Source of the DNA: Octopus bimaculoides | Lineage: Eukaryota | Assembly: GCF_001194135.2 (NCBI RefSeq) | Contig: NC_068982.1 | Location: forward strand, 75,997,571-76,061,570 | DNA length: 64,000 nt | Direction of reading: 5' to 3' | Program-made: the position numbers and the translations under genes | Shown here: positions 61,901 to 64,000 of the stretch, in pieces | How the letters are laid out: each line of letters opens with the position of its first letter | Position numbering within the stretch: position 1 is the first letter of the stretch | The notes under the pieces: model-generated | What the model saw: only the letters and a program-made list of their open reading frames with translations | Database searches by the model: none | Told to the model about the DNA's origin: nothing

Positions 61901-62250
61901 AATTTAAAACTGATATATTAAACACTGATGTCTACTAACGCACTGCGTCATAAGCTGTCTGTCTGTCTGACTCACACGTTCATATGCACGCCCATACACA
62001 TGCACGTGCGCTGTTGATAAATGGAATTGAAAAAGCAACTTTTAATAATTAATATTGTCAGATGTATTGAAACCAGGCTATTGAAATATAAATGACAAAC
62101 TGTCTTTCTGTGTGTGTATTTACGTATGTCAATGTTTGTAGATATAGCTGAATCTAAATGTACATTACACAAATACACACAGACATATATGCATACATAT
62201 ATATCATATTTATTACATATATATATACATATACATTCATGTATGCATGC

Positions 62251-62296
<46 letters not shown>

Positions 62297-62834
62297 GTAT
62301 ATATATATATATATATATACGTATATATATATATATATACATATCTATCTATCTATACATACAAACACGCGCGCACACACACACACAAATTAATTTGTAT
62401 ACATTACGGCCGATCTTACTGTACACTTCGACTAATACGACGGGTTCTTTGGGTAAAAGAAAACACAGGAAGCTCAGTTAATTATGATTTTATTCAACTT
62501 ATTCCTTTCCCAGATTCTCGCACTTATTGCAGAGGTCCTTTCTAATTCCTGTAAAACAACTTTGCAGTTTGGGCCTCCAGTCAGATCTTTCGTGATACTG
62601 TTAAACCCAGGAACTTTTCAACACCCCTTCGTATGTCCACACTATTGACAAATATACGAGAAGATATTTTTTCTGACTTATATATACTCTTATATATATA
62701 TATATATGTACATACATACATATGCATACACATATACACAAAAAGTCCACAAAAACACGATTTGTTCTGTTCTATAAATTGCCAGGGAGTGAGGAAATAT
62801 GTTAGAGAGCATGGTTATAAATAATTATAATCCT

Positions 62835-63047
62835 TTCTACTATAGACACAAGGCCTGAAATTCTGGGGGAGGGGGGAGGCTTGTCGATTTCATCGACCCT
62901 AGTGCGTAACTGGTACTTAAAATATGGACCCTGAAAGGATGAAAGGATAAGTCGAGCCCGGCGGCATTTGAACTCAACGTGGTTACAGACGAAATACCGC
63001 TAAGCATATCACCCGGCGTGCTAGCGATTCTGCCAGCTCGCCGCCTT
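62835..63047 (-). mobile_element. OR2-like CORE-SINE
   Basis: Reverse complement of the 61698 copy. Confidence 0.8.
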
Positions 63048-63078
63048 AATAATAATAATGATAATAATAATGATGATG

Positions 63079-63500
63079 ATTTCATTTATTTGTCACAAGG
63101 GCGAAGGATGAGGGGGACAATACAAAGACAGACATAAAGCGTGGGGGGTATACATATAATGAAATGATAAAACAAAGTAAGTACACGGTATACACTGAAA
63201 AGGAAGGGACATATGCATAGCATACAAATGGTGGGGAAGATGGTAGAGATGTGGCCCCCCTGATATAGGAAGGCCTCTAAAGATAATCGAAGAACCCCCA
63301 CCCCACTGTCCGAGATTCCCCTGAAACCCCAAGATCAGGTGCCCACTCCAATCCCTTCTTTCCGACTCACAGGTTCACACTTAGAGAGCTACCATCCACT
63401 CTTGCCATTTTCGCAACTTTCACCCATCTTTCAATAAACTCACTCGAGGACAGCACCTCCCTCTCCACTCCCAATTTCCTTTTCAAGTGAAATGGCTACA
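63079..63500 (-). mobile_element. L1/Tx1-like LINE 3' end
   Basis: FHLKRKLGVEREVLSSSEFIERWVKVAKMARVDGSSLSVNL* (stop at 63367-63369), a pyrimidine-rich 3' UTR and an (ATC/ATT)n tail. Confidence 0.7.
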
Positions 63501-63886
63501 AGGGCCCAAGGCATCGTACTGGTGGTGACGATAAAAATTAATACGAAATGAAAAATAATGATAAGTGGGTAAAAATAATTTTTTTCTACTAGAGGCAGAA
63601 GATTCGAAATTTTGCAGAGAAGGTCTAGTCGCTTACATGAGCCTCAGTGTTCAGCTGATACCAATTTTATCGATCTTGAAAAGTTGAAAGACGATGTCGA
63701 TCTTTTTGTAATTTGAATTCAGAACGTAATGCCGGAAGAAATGCCACTAAGCATTTTATCCAGCGTGCTAATGATTCTGCCAGCTCACTGCTTAAAGAGG
63801 GTAAAACGAATGAACAACATGAAACAGATAGAAGTGAAAATAAAATATAAAATATATAAAAGTAGATAAATGGATGGGATGAGAGA

Positions 63887-63889
<3 letters not shown>

Positions 63890-63933
<44 letters not shown>

Positions 63934-63936
63934 ACG

Positions 63937-64000
<64 letters not shown>
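63890..64000. repeat. (CTA)n then (ATA)n microsatellite
   Basis: Direct observation. Confidence 0.95.

Overview
Eukaryotic genomic DNA: AT-rich, saturated with microsatellites, with 15 N-gaps totalling about 5 kb. SINE and LINE content points to an octopod cephalopod, probably an Octopus draft assembly (inference from remembered repeat consensus sequences). The only host gene I can identify is the last coding exon of serine hydroxymethyltransferase (SHMT, 500-666, +). The rest is decayed transposons: a scrambled RTE LINE, two Penelope-like elements (PLEs) with RT and GIY-YIG remnants, three R4/Dong-like and one HERO-like RLE fragment, a Tx1-like L1 3' end, a Tc1 fragment, mariner- and piggyBac-type MITEs, a ~460-bp foldback element and many tRNA/CORE SINEs. 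Nearly all other ORFs in the track are microsatellite or gap artefacts. The most notable hidden structure is a dispersed set of about a dozen type I hammerhead-ribozyme (HHR)-like motifs on both strands. One (11464-11728, minus) has a fully intact catalytic core and a 222-nt loop II. The others carry 1-3 core or stem lesions, and some sit in a 326-bp retrozyme-like tandem dimer. PLE-associated hammerheads are known in principle, so these are candidates for testing, not a proven new system. All folding and alignments were done by eye.
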